In this document: positions 27,911 through 39,686 of the stretch, in pieces | Position numbering within the stretch: the first letter of the stretch is position 1 | How the letters are laid out: each line of letters starts with the position of its first letter | Assembly: GCA_963836185.1 (NCBI GenBank) | Contig: CAWIIQ010000001.1 | Span: 1,216,001 to 1,280,000, forward strand | Reading direction: 5' to 3' | From: Candidatus Krumholzibacteriia bacterium | GTDB lineage: Bacteria > Krumholzibacteriota > Krumholzibacteriia > Krumholzibacteriales > Krumholzibacteriaceae | DNA: 64,000 bases | Made by a program: the position numbers and the translations under genes | The notes under the pieces: generated by a model | The model's input: the letters and a program-made list of their open reading frames with translations, nothing else | The model's database searches: none | Told to the model about the DNA's origin: nothing

Positions 27911-29711
27911 CACACCAGTATATCATTTCGGCGATGAGTGGAAGAGGACCGCGCAGTGCGGAAAGCTCAGTTCCGCCGACGAAGGAAATGAAGTGACACT
28001 CGCCGGCTGGGTAAGAAAGGTGCGCGAGTTCGGAGACCTGACTTTTCTCGACATGTGGGACCGCAGCGGACTTGTGCAGCTCGTAGTCGAGGCGGGTGGC
28101 GAGGAACTTCATCTCCTTTTCAGATCGCTGCGCAACGAGGACGTCCTTGCCGTCAGGGGGAAGGTGAGGCGGCGGCCGGCCGATATGGTCAATGCCGGCA
28201 TGGGAACTGGCGAGGTCGAGGTGGAGGTCTCGGCGGCGGAGGTCTTCAACCGGAGCAAGGTGCCCCCTTTCAACGTTACCGACAAGTCTCAGGCCAGCGA
28301 CGAGTTGAGGCTCAAGTACAGGTATCTAGACCTGCGCCGCGACTCGATGCAGTCGAAGCTGCGGCTGCGTCACGATATCGCGCTTAAGACGAGGGAATTT
28401 CTTTCCGGTGAGGATTTCATCGAGGTCGAGACGCCTATGCTTGTCCGCCGTACTCCGGAGGGGGCGAGGGATTACATCGTTCCGAGCAGGCTCCAGCCGG
28501 GAAAGTTCTACGCCCTGCCGCAGTCGCCGCAGCTGTACAAGCAGATACTGATGGTCTCTGGAGTCGACCGGTATTTCCAGCTGGCCAGGTGCCTTCGCGA
28601 CGAGGACCTGCGGGCCGACCGTCAGCCCGAGCACACACAGATCGACATCGAGATGAGTTTTATCTCGGAGAGCGATATATTTCCGCTTGCCGAGAGCGCT
28701 GATGAAAAAGATATTCGGCGAGGTCGCAGGTATTGATCTCGAGACCCCTTTCCCCGTTCTCGACTATGACGAGGCGATGCTGAGGTACGGCACGGACAAG
28801 CCCGACCTGAGGTTCGGCCTCGAGATCGCCGAGTGCTCCGATATCTTCCGCGGCAGCGGATTCTCCGCCTTCGCCTCGGCTGTCGAGGATGGAGGAGCGG
28901 TCAGGGGGATATCCTGGCCTGACGGCATCGGGCCAGTCAAAAAGCCAGATTAAGAAGCTCGAGAAGATCGTAAGGGGAGCAGGGGCGGGAGGGCTCGCTG
29001 CCCTGAGCGTCGATGAAAACGGGAGTCGAGTCCCCTGTTGCGAAATTCCTCGGAGAAGACGAGATGAAGGCACTTCTCGAGAGATTCGGCGCCTCGGCTT
29101 CGTCACCCTCGCTGATACTTCTTGTAGCCGGGGATGTCCCGGTGGTGGAGAAGTCGCTCGGAACGCTCAGGACCCACCTGGGAGCTGAACTGGTCGGCGA
29201 CAATCGGGAGATGCGGTTCCTGTGGGTGAACCGTTTTCCCCTCTTCATGCCCTCCGGCGATGGGGGCTGGGATCCGGCTCATCACATATTCTCGATGCCG
29301 CTCGAGGAGGATATACCCTCGATCGATTCAGATCCGGGAGCGGTCCGCGGGCACCTTTACGATCTCGTATGCAACGGGACAGAACTGGGCTCGGGATCTA
29401 TCAGGATCCACAGGCGCGAACTGCAGGAGAAACTCTTCGGCGTGATCGGGCTCGGGAAAGAAGAGGCCGAGCGCAAGTTCGGCTTCCTGCTCGAGGCATT
29501 CGAGTTCGGCGCTCCGCCCCATGGGGGGATCGCCATCGGTCTCGACCGGCTGGCGATGATAATATCTGGAGAGAATTCGATAAGGGATTTCATAGCGTTT
29601 CCAAAGACGCAGAGCGCCACTTCACTGATGGAAGGGGCCCCTTCGGTTGTGGAGGAGGCTATCCTCGATGAACTGCATATTGAGGTAACGGAAAGGAACG
29701 AAAGGGAATAA
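27903..29711 (+). CDS. aspS: Aspartate--tRNA ligase (2-3 frameshifts at 28690-29030)
   Basis: RLKYRYLDLRR, TPEGARD, LPQSPQLYKQ, RDEDLRADRQPE; YGTDKPDLRF; GSIRIH, PPHGGIAIGLDR. Confidence 0.95.
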
Positions 29712-29723
29712 CGGGGCATTATC

Positions 29724-29739
29724 AGGCACAGCTCTTGCA
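29724..29739 (+). promoter_or_regulatory. Possible sigma-54 promoter
   Basis: AGGCACAGCTCTTGCA, GG-N10-GC spacing, 100 bp upstream of a lipoprotein pair; a TTGACA at 29764 is an alternative. Confidence 0.35.
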
Positions 29740-29838
29740 CGAAAGCTGGAAAAGGCTTTTTGCTTGACATGCAGCCTGTACGGCATTAATGTTCCTGTAA
29801 GTTGTTATGGTATATAACGACAGGGAGGAAAAAAGGTT

Positions 29839-30129
29839 ATGAAATCAGCACGTGGATGGCTGATGCTGACGATCATATTCAGCCTGGTTGCAGGAATTTC
29901 TGCCGGTTGCGGACCCGCGCCTCCGTGCGAGACGAGCCTCGTGACACTTGACGAGACGCGACTCGACGCGGAGAGCTATGAGAAAGAAGCGGCCGAGACG
30001 GGCGAAAAGGTTGATGACCTTGAGACGAGGCTCGCTGCCAAGCGTGGCGAGATCGATGCGATCAAGGAGAAGCCCGAAGAGCTCGAGAAAAAAGTATATG
30101 AACTGAAAAAAGGCAGCGGCAGGGAATAG
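29839..30129 (+). CDS. Small coiled-coil lipoprotein
   Basis: GGAGG RBS; lipobox SAGC. Confidence 0.8.
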   Translation: MKSARGWLMLTIIFSLVAGISAGCGPAPPCETSLVTLDETRLDAESYEKEAAETGEKVDDLETRLAAKRGEIDAIKEKPEELEKKVYELKKGSGRE

Positions 30130-30147
30130 GCGGCTGGCAGAACGGAG

Positions 30148-30864
30148 ATGGGAATAATGAACAGAAGATTTTTGATCGCGCTGGTGTTCATTCCTCTGAT
30201 CATCGTACTGGCCGCTGGCTGCAGCAGCCACAAGCCCCGGGATATCGATATCAGCGAGGGCGAATACTACGAGGACGAGGAATACCAGAAGCTGTCAAAG
30301 GATCAGAGGGAGCAGTACTGCACGGATCTGGCTATGGAGCTCGATACGCTCGAGACCCGGTCGGAGACAGCCCAGGCACAGCTCGAACAGAACAAGGAAG
30401 ACATCCAGACCCTTACGAGGGAACTGCGTGACTCGGAGAGGGAATACTCGAAGCTGCGCAACCACGTCGATGAACTGACGCTGCAGCTGCAGGAACTAGC
30501 CTCTCTGCCGAAGGAGCATAAGCTCATCTACGGCGAGTGTCTCTGGACGGTAGCTGGGTACGAGCAGATCTACGGAGACCCCCTCAAGTGGACGAGGCTC
30601 TGGAGAGGCAATACAAACATGATCGAGGATCCTGACTGGGTCCTGGCCGGATGGACACTACAGGTTCCCAGGCACTGGCCCCGCAAGCACATGGTCGTGC
30701 AGGACGAGTGGCTTGCCAAGATCGCCGGATACTGGGAAGTATACGACAACTACCGCCAGTGGCCCGTTCTTTTCGAGGCCAACAGGGACAGGATCAACGA
30801 TCCCGACCTGATCTTCCCCGAGCAGGAACTGATAGTTCCCAGGGAATTTCCTGCTTCGGATTAA
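30148..30864 (+). CDS. Lipoprotein with coiled coil and two LysM domains
   Basis: Lipobox AAGC; GECLWTVA...IYGD..KW and DEWLAKIA...ANRDRINDPDLIFP. Confidence 0.88.
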   Translation: MGIMNRRFLIALVFIPLIIVLAAGCSSHKPRDIDISEGEYYEDEEYQKLSKDQREQYCTDLAMELDTLETRSETAQAQLEQNKEDIQTLTRELRDSEREYSKLRNHVDELTLQLQELASLPKEHKLIYGECLWTVAGYEQIYGDPLKWTRLWRGNTNMIEDPDWVLAGWTLQVPRHWPRKHMVVQDEWLAKIAGYWEVYDNYRQWPVLFEANRDRINDPDLIFPEQELIVPREFPASD

Positions 30865-30948
30865 GCGAGGCGGTCATACAGACTTAGCATACATGACTCT
30901 TGGTCTGCGAGTGCGGACCAGGAGTTTTGTATTAAAAGGGAACGGTAT

Positions 30949-31935
30949 TTGAAACAGAAATCGAGAAAAAGGGTGCTTTCACTTGCCGGCGTCGACGGGC
31001 TCAAACTCCTGGGCGCAGGCGACAGGAATCTCGGGATGATCGAGGAGCACTTCGAGCAGAATATCGTGGTCCGCGGCGATGAGATCATCATTACCGGCGC
31101 TAACAGGCGGATAGACGAGCTGACGGCTGTGCTGCAGACGTTGATAAGTATCGCCGCCGGCGGAAGGGCCGTGACCGAGGGCGATGTGATGACCGTTCTG
31201 CGAGGAGACGGGAGTGACTCGAAGAAGATCGGTTCACTTGATGAGACCGTCGTCTACTATTCCACCGCCAGAAGGAAGAGCATCGTTCCGAGGAGCGTAA
31301 AACAGAAAGAATATGTCAGCGCGGTGGCCGGGCATGATATCGTATTCGCGATAGGGCCTGCGGGAACCGGTAAGACATACCTGGCTGTCGCCATGGCGCT
31401 CGCCGCGCTTAAGAGCGGCGAGATCGAGAAGATATACCTCTCAAGGCCGGTCGTGGAGGCGGGAGAAAACCTCGGATTCCTGCCGGGTGACCTGCAGGAG
31501 AAGATCGATCCTTATATCAGGCCTGTATTCGACGCGCTGCATGACATGATAGGCAGGGAAAAGACACAGAGGATGATAGATACGGGTGTGCTGGAGATCG
31601 CGCCCCTCGCTTATATGCGCGGAAGGACGTTGAACAACGCATTCGCCGTCCTCGACGAGGCGCAGAACAGCACGATCAACCAGATGAAGATGTTTCTGAC
31701 AAGGCTAGGAGTGGACTCGAAGGCTATCGTGACGGGCGACATCACGCAGATCGACCTTGCCGATCCGTCGAAGTCGGGGCTCGTGGCGGTTTCCGGGATC
31801 CTCGACGGTGTCGAGGGCATAGAGTTCGTCTGGTTCGGGGAAGAAGATGTGGTGAGGCACAGGCTCGTCAAGATGATCATAAAGGCTTTCAGCCGGATCA
31901 GGCCGAACGGCGAACCGGAGGCTTCCGATGAATGA
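30949..31935 (+). CDS. phoH: PhoH-like ATPase
   Basis: GPAGTGKTYLA, RPVVEAGENLGFLPG, PLAYMRGRTL, DEAQN, GDITQIDL. Confidence 0.95.
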   Translation: MKQKSRKRVLSLAGVDGLKLLGAGDRNLGMIEEHFEQNIVVRGDEIIITGANRRIDELTAVLQTLISIAAGGRAVTEGDVMTVLRGDGSDSKKIGSLDETVVYYSTARRKSIVPRSVKQKEYVSAVAGHDIVFAIGPAGTGKTYLAVAMALAALKSGEIEKIYLSRPVVEAGENLGFLPGDLQEKIDPYIRPVFDALHDMIGREKTQRMIDTGVLEIAPLAYMRGRTLNNAFAVLDEAQNSTINQMKMFLTRLGVDSKAIVTGDITQIDLADPSKSGLVAVSGILDGVEGIEFVWFGEEDVVRHRLVKMIIKAFSRIRPNGEPEASDE

Positions 31936-34228
31936 CCAGCCATCAAACGGAGATAAGGGCAATTCCCTCGACGGGCTGCGCAAGGGCCTGACTGTCCTTC
32001 GTCCCAGCGCTTTGAAGAAAGACAGCCGGGTGCTTCCGGCGATCTACATCACTGTCTTTGTCATTCTCTCGATACTTCTCTTTCCACCGACCAGGAAGAC
32101 AAGAGAGATAGCCTTCAACGAAGGTGACATAGCCGATGTCGATGTCATCGCTCCCCTCGATTTCGATGTGCCGCTGAGCGGCCAGGAGGTAGAGATCAAC
32201 AGGGCGAGGGCCGCGGTCAGCGTACCCCCTGTGTACAGGATCAGGACAGAGGCGCTGGAGCATCTGCCCGGAGACCTTACCCTTCTGATGGAGAGGATAA
32301 AAGAGGTCGCCCTGGCCGATTCCATCCCCCCGGAACAGCAGACTCAGATGATCAGGGAGATGGTTCCCGCCCTGGAGAGAGAGGCAGTAGAGCTGCTTCT
32401 CGTGAAAGATACCCGGCGGACGATCCTCGATGAGGGACTCGATATACAGAAGCGTCTCCTGGAGCGGGGGATCATAAATGACGCTTCTCCGCTGAGGCGA
32501 AGGGACTATCCGCACATTGCGCTCATCGACGGGGAATCGGAGAGCCTGAAGCCGGCAAACGGCCTGCTCGAACAGGGTCAACTCGAATCTGTCATACTCG
32601 GCCGGGCGGAGAGAGCATTCCCCGGAAGTGATGACGCGCAGCAGCTCTTCTACGCGATCGTCCGGTCACATCTCGTTCCGAATATGATATACGATGCCCA
32701 GGAGACGAGGCAGCGGCAGGAATCCGCGATGAACGAAGTCAAGGAGTTCTACGGGGTCTCCAAGAATCAGAGGATCATCGCGAAGCACGACAAGGTGACA
32801 AAGAAACAGGTCGAGGAACTCGAGGCTCTCGAGGAATCGCGCACGGCTGAGGAACTGAAGACTTCTCCGGCAACGAGGATAATGCTGTTTTTCGGGAAGA
32901 TCGTGAGGATGCTTCTTCTCGCCGCGATGTTCGGCGCGGCACTTTACAGGTTCGACAGAGCGCTTGTCATGGATGTGGAGAAGCTGACGCTGACATTCAT
33001 GATAATAATCTTCTACCTCCTGATGACTGCGCTTGTAGTAAGACTGCCTTTCCTGAGCATGTACCTCATACCTGCAGCCTTCGTAGCCCTGGTAGCGACG
33101 GCCTTTTTCGGTTCGCTCACCGCGCTGATATTCACGCTGTTCGCTTCGCTGATGCTGATCACACACGCCGAACTTCCGGGAAGCATCGTGTTCATAACGA
33201 TACTGGCAGGCTCGGCTGCTATATTCAGCATAGCTCATCTCCGCGAAAGGCGTAATTTCTACACGATATTTCTTTATACTTCTCTCGCGTATATAGTCGG
33301 GATCTCGAGTTTCGGCATCTCCGAGGCGTTCAGCCTCGGCGAGTTTCTTTTCGGGTCCCTGTGGGGAATCGCGAACGCGTTCGCGTGTACGATACTTGTC
33401 ATGTTCCTGATGCCGATATTCGAGTCGCTCTTCAGCGTGACAACGGACTTCACACTGATGGAGCTAAGTGACCTGAACAGGCCGCTGCTCAAACGTCTGA
33501 TAATCGAAGCCCCCGGGACTTACCATCACTCCCTGATGGTCGGCAATATGGTCGAGTCCGTCGCCCAGGAGGTCGGAGCCAACGGCCTTCTCGCGAGGGT
33601 GTCAGCATACTACCATGATATCGGTAAACTCGCCAAACCGGAGTACTTCTTCGAGAACAAGGGAGAGAACTTCAACAAGCACGAGAAACTCGCTCCTACG
33701 ATGTCGGCGCTGATACTTGCATCGCACGTCAAGGAAGGCCTGGACCTCGCGAAGAACGAGAAGATGCCCAAGGTCGTGATGGACGGTATCCGCGAGCATC
33801 ATGGAACGACTGTCATGGCGTTCTTTTACAACAAGGCACTCGAGTACGACTCTCACGACAGCGTCAATGTCGACGATTTCAGGTATCCGGGTCCGAGGCC
33901 GCAGTCTAAAGAGACAGCTCTGATAATGCTCGCCGATTCATGTGAAGCGGCGGTCAGGTCCCTGAAGGAACCGTCCGCGCCAAGGATCAGGGCTACCGTA
34001 TCGAAGATATTCGCGACAAGGATGAACGACGGGGAACTGGACAACAGCGGACTGACCCTTAATGACATCGCGGCGATAAGGGAGAAATACATTCAATTCC
34101 TCACCGGCATCTTCCACCCGCGGGTGCAGTATCCTTCGCAGGGAGAGCGGGAGAGGGAAGGTGATCACGAAGTTGAGGATAACGGCAGGCAGCAGCAGTC
34201 CGTCGGTGACAGGAAAAAGAGAGTTTGA
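31928..34228 (+). CDS. 7TM-HD (HDIG) phosphohydrolase, PgpH-like c-di-AMP phosphodiesterase
   Basis: Extracellular domain, 7 TM helices, EAPGTYHHS, YYHDIGK, HHGT, FRYPGPRP, LADSCEAA. Confidence 0.9.
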   Translation: MNDQPSNGDKGNSLDGLRKGLTVLRPSALKKDSRVLPAIYITVFVILSILLFPPTRKTREIAFNEGDIADVDVIAPLDFDVPLSGQEVEINRARAAVSVPPVYRIRTEALEHLPGDLTLLMERIKEVALADSIPPEQQTQMIREMVPALEREAVELLLVKDTRRTILDEGLDIQKRLLERGIINDASPLRRRDYPHIALIDGESESLKPANGLLEQGQLESVILGRAERAFPGSDDAQQLFYAIVRSHLVPNMIYDAQETRQRQESAMNEVKEFYGVSKNQRIIAKHDKVTKKQVEELEALEESRTAEELKTSPATRIMLFFGKIVRMLLLAAMFGAALYRFDRALVMDVEKLTLTFMIIIFYLLMTALVVRLPFLSMYLIPAAFVALVATAFFGSLTALIFTLFASLMLITHAELPGSIVFITILAGSAAIFSIAHLRERRNFYTIFLYTSLAYIVGISSFGISEAFSLGEFLFGSLWGIANAFACTILVMFLMPIFESLFSVTTDFTLMELSDLNRPLLKRLIIEAPGTYHHSLMVGNMVESVAQEVGANGLLARVSAYYHDIGKLAKPEYFFENKGENFNKHEKLAPTMSALILASHVKEGLDLAKNEKMPKVVMDGIREHHGTTVMAFFYNKALEYDSHDSVNVDDFRYPGPRPQSKETALIMLADSCEAAVRSLKEPSAPRIRATVSKIFATRMNDGELDNSGLTLNDIAAIREKYIQFLTGIFHPRVQYPSQGEREREGDHEVEDNGRQQQSVGDRKKRV

Positions 34229-34637
34229 CCGCGCGGCAGGCCTGATCGAGGAGATGGGCCGTGGATGCGCCGGGGACAGGCAGGTCGAAGTCACTCTTAT
34301 AGGTGCTCGCCGCATGGCTCTCCTCAACCGGGAATACAAGCGTCGCAGGGGTGCCGCGGAGATCCTCACATTCAATTACGACGACGATCCCTCACCGGAA
34401 GAAGAGGGGCCGTCAGGTGAGATACTGATCTGCTGGAAGAGACTCGCCGCCTCAGCAGCGAGGCTGGGTGTTTCAAGACAGGTTTATCTCCTGAGGCTGG
34501 TCGCTCACGGACTGTCCCATCTCGAGGGATTTACGCACCGCGATGACGCGGAGGCGATGGAAATGGAAAAGCGCGAACGGGAGATCCTCTGTGGGACCGT
34601 AACGGAGAGGGATATAGCGAGGTTGTTCCGCTCTTAG
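34161..34637 (+). CDS. ybeY: rRNA maturation endoribonuclease YbeY (divergent)
   Basis: LNREY, GEILIC, AHGLSHLEGFTH; conserved phoH-HD-ybeY-corC context. Confidence 0.8.
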   Translation: MITKLRITAGSSSPSVTGKREFDRAAGLIEEMGRGCAGDRQVEVTLIGARRMALLNREYKRRRGAAEILTFNYDDDPSPEEEGPSGEILICWKRLAASAARLGVSRQVYLLRLVAHGLSHLEGFTHRDDAEAMEMEKREREILCGTVTERDIARLFRS

Positions 34638-34651
34638 AGAACAGTGAAATC

Positions 34652-35904
34652 ATGCAACCACTTATATTGAATACTATCGCGCTGCTTCTGCTGACGGTAG
34701 CCCAGTTTCTCGCCGCCGGGGGCTTTACTGCCTTCACGAAGATATCCCGCATGAGCGAGGAAAGGGTCTTCCCGAAGGGTTCCGGAGCTGACAGCTGCCC
34801 CAGGATGATCCACAGGGGAAGGCTCCACGCGGCGATGATACTCGTCGCTGTCCAGGTCGTCCTTATCGCGGCCGTCTCGTATGTGCTTCCAGCGACCGAG
34901 GACGCGATAATCGAATGGTCGTCAGGCAGGCATATCTTCACCGTCGCCGTGGTACCTGTCGCTGTCGTCTTTCTCATGCTGATCGCGGCGCTGGCGGGGA
35001 CAGGCATCGCTGTCAGGCATCCCGCCGGGATGGCCAGGTTCGTGTCTTACCCCTTCTGCCCCGTGTATATTCTGCTCAGGCCCTTCTCCGGTCTGCTTCT
35101 GAGGATAATGGGCCTTATTTTCCCGGAACTCCCCGGGGAGCTTGCCTCGCCCTTCATGCTTATCCATCATTCCGTCGAGCCTGGTGAGGGATTCATCGAG
35201 GAAAACGGAAGCAGACTCGTCAACAGCATCGTCGAGTTCGGAGAGAAGAAGGTGCGTGAAGTAATGGTGCCCAGGATCGATGTATTCGCTATCGAGAAAG
35301 GGCTGACGATGACCGAGGTCCGCGAGTGTGCTCTCCGGCGCCGGGCATTCACGCGTGCCTGTTTATGACGGTAACATCGACCGGATCGTCGGCATGCTCT
35401 ACGTGAAGGACCTGGTGGCGGTCGAGGATGGTGAAGAGGACAGGGGTATCGAGCATCCTGACGCGGGAGCCCTATTTTGTTCCTGAGGGCAAGAAGATCG
35501 ACGACCTTCTCAATGAGTTTCAGGTCAAGAAGATGCATATGGCGATAGTCGTCGACGAGTATGGGGGGACCTCGGGCATCGTGACTCTCGAGGATATACT
35601 CGAGGAGATCGTAGGTGAGATACGTGACGAGTTCGACCATGAAGCCCCTCTCGTCAGGAAGGCGGGAGAGGGCAGGTACGTGGTCGAGGGCAGGACATCT
35701 CTCGATGATCTCGGCGAGATGCTCGGGAGGGAGCTCTCCTCCGAGGATGTCGACACGCTTGGAGGATTCCTCTACAACCTCCTGGGCAGGGTTCCCGAGG
35801 AGGGAGAGGAGTTCGAGTACGAAGGAATGACCTTCAGGATAGAACGTCTCGAAGGGCAGAGGATAGCCGAGGTCGTCCTGACGATTGCCGACCGGGAGGA
35901 ATAG
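34652..35904 (+). CDS. Hemolysin/CorC (CNNM-CBS-CorC) protein (frameshifts about 35330-35430)
   Basis: VREVMVPRID, VVDEYGGTSGIVTLEDILEEIVGEIRDEFD, TLGG. Confidence 0.9.
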
Positions 35905-35908
35905 ACTG

Positions 35909-36569
35909 ATGTTCATATGGCTGAGAAGAAAGTTGCTCACGGGCCTGCTGATCCTGATGCCGACCCTGCTGACCGGCTGGATACTAATCCGGCTTTTCAG
36001 GTTCGGCGGATAACATCCTTGAACCGGTCATCGTGAGGTATCCCTTTCTCGACATACCGGGACTGGGATTCTTCGCGGTAATCATCATCCTGCTGCTCAC
36101 GGGGATATTCGCCGGGAATTTTATAGGGCGCCGGACTATCCACTGGGTGGAGAAAGGGATCAACCAGATCCCGATGGTGAGCTGGATGTATACTGCCTTT
36201 AAGCAGATGAGCGAGGTGTTCCTGCACGAGAAGAGGACGGCTTTCCGCAGAGCTATCATCTTGGAATACCCGCGCAGAGGTGTATATGCGGTCGGATTCG
36301 TGACCTCGACCTGGAACTACCACGACTCGAGCGGGAGAGAAAGAGTCTTTATAAATGTCTTTCTTCCCACGACCCCCATCCCTACGTCGGGCCTCTTCCT
36401 CATGATCCCAGAGGAGGACACGATCCCGATGAACTGTTCAGTCGACGAGGCTCTTAAGATGGTGATATCGGGGGGTGCAATAACTACGTCGATCCCAGCC
36501 ATCGATGCTGCGAGGGAAGCTGCTGAAAGCGGCGACAGCGCCGCCGGTGAATCCTCTCCACGGGAATAA
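35909..36569 (+). CDS. DUF502 membrane protein (frameshift about 36000)
   Basis: MFIWLRRKLLTGLL.. then IP..SWMY..KQ, EYPRRG, VFLPTTPIPTSG, ISGG. Confidence 0.85.
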
Positions 36570-36658
36570 TTCCTTGACTGTAGACCAGTTCCGCTTCATC
36601 CTGTTGTCCTGCCAGCAGTGCCCGGCGCACGGCTGCGCGTGTAAAGGCAAGGATAGAT

Positions 36659-38018
36659 ATGGATGATAATCTCGATCTCAAGGTCGATTCGATAAGGGAA
36701 CTCTTCGAATCTGGAGGGACGGCACGGTTCGCCAGTGCCCTCGAGGGTTTGCGTGCGCCTGACACCGCTGAGGTCCTTACCGCCCTTCCCGGGGAGATCC
36801 AGATCCCCCTCTTCAAGTCGATGGAGCAGGAGATGGCCAGCGAGGTCCTCACGCTCGTCGACGAGGGGATAGCACGCGATATCCTGGAGCATCTCACGAT
36901 CGACGAGATCGTCCCTCTGATCGACTTCATGGCAAGCGATGACGCCACCGATATCATAAATCTCCTCGACTCCGACACGGCGGGAGCGGTCCTTCGCAGG
37001 ATAAGCCGCGAGGATTACGAGGATGTCTCCGAGCTCCTGAAGTTCGACGAGGAATCGGCCGGCGGCCTGATGGCCAGAGAGCTCGTCACTGTCCGTTCAG
37101 GCAAGTCGATATCCGATGTGATCGCGACGCTGCGCAGTGAGCACGACAGCATTGAACATATCCAGTACATATATGTCGTGGACAGCGAAGGTGTCCTTCT
37201 CGGGACGATCCCCGTAATCAACCTGCTCGTCACCGACCCTGGCAAGAAGGTCGAAGAGGTGATGGAACGCGACTTCCTGAAGGTGACTGCCGATACCGAC
37301 CAGGAAGAGGTCGCGGCGATGTTCTCCAAGTACGATCTCTACTCGATGCCCGTAGTCGACGATAGCGGAAGGCTCGCCGGCCGGATCACCGTTGACGATA
37401 TAATCGACGTCATAGAGGAAGAGGCGACCGAGGACATCTCGATGATGGCCGGTACTGGAGAAGAGGAGTTCTACGAGAGGTCGCCGGTAAAGCTATCAAG
37501 GGCGAGGCTGCCCTGGCTGCTGACGGGCCTGCTCGGCGGGATAGCTTCGGCCGTGATAATGAACAGTTTCAAGGAATCGTTCGAGTCGGTGCTGACCCTG
37601 GCGTTTTTTGTTCCGGTGATCATGGCAATGGGAGGAAATGTCGGCATTCAGTCCTCGGCGATCGTCGTCAGGGAGATTGCTCTCGGAGGGTTGAGCGTCT
37701 CGCAGACGGGGGGGAAGTTGCTCCGCGAGCTGAAAGTCTCGATAATCAACGGCATCGTCATAGGCACGGTACTCCTGATAATGGTAACGATATGGCAGAA
37801 GGACTACAGGCTCGGGCCTTCTGCTCGGTATCTGCATGTTCATCATCATATGCTGGGCAACGATAATGGGGGCGTTCATCCCCCTGATGCTCAAAAAGGC
37901 CAACATCGACCCCGCGCTCGCGACCGGCCCCTTCATCACGACATTCAACGATATTCTAGGTATAGCCATCTATCTCGGTATCGCCACTGTCTTCCTCGAG
38001 TGGCTTGGGAAGGGTTGA
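36659..38018 (+). CDS. mgtE: Magnesium transporter MgtE (frameshift about 37815)
   Basis: MASDDA.D, SAGGLM, DQEEVA, GRITVDD, ARLPWL, MGGNVGIQS; next frame DPALATGPFITT.NDI. Confidence 0.92.
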
Positions 38019-38036
38019 CGGACGGGACGGTGAGAG

Positions 38037-38784
38037 GTGAGCGTAATCCTCAAGGACAGGGCTGTCATTCTCAAGACATGGGAGTATGGCGAAACGAGTC
38101 TTGTCGTATCCGCGCTGACGAGAGCGGGAGGTAAGGCGAATTTCCTGGCCAAGGGGGCAAAGCGGGCAAAGAGTCTGATGCACGGAAGGTTCCGGACGGG
38201 GAATGTGGGGGATATCATATATTACGACAAACCGGGAAGAGGGCTGAAGCTGATCAAGGAATTCTCCGCCGGCCCCATGTTCGATTCGATGGATGCCGGG
38301 TTCGAGCGCCTCTGTATCTTTCAGGCCGGGCTGGAGCTCTGCCGGCCGGGCATCGGCGGGAGATGAGCAGGAAGGGACGGTCTTCGATCTCGTGGAGGCG
38401 TTCATCTCCGAGCTCGTTTCCGGCGCTGATCCCTGGGCGGCATTCTTCGCACTCGAGATTATGCTGCTTACCGCCTCAGGGCTGATGCCGGAGATCGAGC
38501 GCTGCGACCGTTGTAAAAAAGAACTTGCGGGATGCGGGTTTTCTGTAAATCCTACGAGTGGCGCCGTTGAATGCGGCGGCTGCACTGCGGGCGAGGGAAC
38601 CCTCTCGCCGGGATCGTGCGATCTCCTCGCGAGGATGTCTGCCGGTTTCAAGGGAGTGCGCGGGGTGGAGATAGGCGCGGAGGCCCGCAGGGAGATCGGT
38701 ACCCTCCTGCACCACATGTTGACGCATCACATGGATGGATACAGGCTTCCCGGTTCTCTCGGGATGCTGAAAGGAGTCAGCTGA
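38037..38784 (+). CDS. recO: DNA repair protein RecO (frameshift about 38340)
   Basis: [20 protein letters not shown]; C-terminal CxxC...CxxC zinc finger; recO-glyQS context. Confidence 0.85.
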
Positions 38785-38786
38785 GG

Positions 38787-39686
38787 ATGACGTTTCAGGA
38801 ACTGGTGGCTGCCCTCGACGGGTTCTGGTCCAAGAACGGGTGCCTCGTGACAACGCCTTACAACTCAGAGGTGGGGGCCGGCACGATGAATCCGTCCACC
38901 TTCCTGAGGGTCCTCGGGCCGGAGCCGTGGAAGGCCGCCTATATCGAACCGAGCAAAAGGCCGAACGACGGCAGGTACGGCGAGAATCCAAACAGGGTTC
39001 AGCAGTTCAACCAGTACCAGGTGATCCTGAAGCCTTCACCCGATGATGTGCTGCCGCTCTACATCGAGAGTATGAAGGCGATCGGAATCGATCCGGAGAT
39101 GCACGACATCCGGCTCCTCGAGGATGACTGGGAGTCGCCTACCCTCGGCGCTTCCGGCCTTGGATGGGAGGTATGGCTGGACGGGATGGAGATCACGCAG
39201 TTCACCTACTTCCAGCAGGCGGGAGGGCTGGAGCTCGATCCGATCGCGGCCGAGATCACATACGGGCTCGAGAGGATCGCGATGTATATCCAGAAGGTTG
39301 ACGACATCATGGAGATCGAATGGCACGACGGCGTCAAGTGGGGCGAGCTGAACATGCAGGCCGAGCGTGAATTCAGCGCGTTTCATTTCGAGCACGCCGA
39401 TACAGAAATGTACTTCGGGATATTCGAGAAATTCCAGGGAGAGGCGCGGAGGATGCTCGAGAAGGGGTTGATACTGCCCGCATACGACTACGTCCTGAAA
39501 TGCTCGCATATATTCAATATCCTCGACGCGAGAGGCGCTATCAGCGTTTCCGAGAGGACCAGTTACATCGGCAGGATAAGGGACCTCGCACGGAGGACCG
39601 CCGAGGCGTACGTAGCGGAGAGAGAAAGACTCGGGTTCCCTCTGCTCAGGGAAAAGAAGAAAACCGGAGGAAAGGTTTCGCGATGA
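38787..39686 (+). CDS. glyQ: Glycine--tRNA ligase alpha subunit
   Basis: [41 protein letters not shown]. Confidence 0.97.
   Translation: MTFQELVAALDGFWSKNGCLVTTPYNSEVGAGTMNPSTFLRVLGPEPWKAAYIEPSKRPNDGRYGENPNRVQQFNQYQVILKPSPDDVLPLYIESMKAIGIDPEMHDIRLLEDDWESPTLGASGLGWEVWLDGMEITQFTYFQQAGGLELDPIAAEITYGLERIAMYIQKVDDIMEIEWHDGVKWGELNMQAEREFSAFHFEHADTEMYFGIFEKFQGEARRMLEKGLILPAYDYVLKCSHIFNILDARGAISVSERTSYIGRIRDLARRTAEAYVAERERLGFPLLREKKKTGGKVSR

Noticed and set aside
27903-29711. aspS, mgtE, recO, corC and others as pseudogenes or programmed frameshifts
   Set aside because: Essential or conserved genes with intact motifs, no common slippery sequence, and indels spread across the window; sequencing error is more parsimonious
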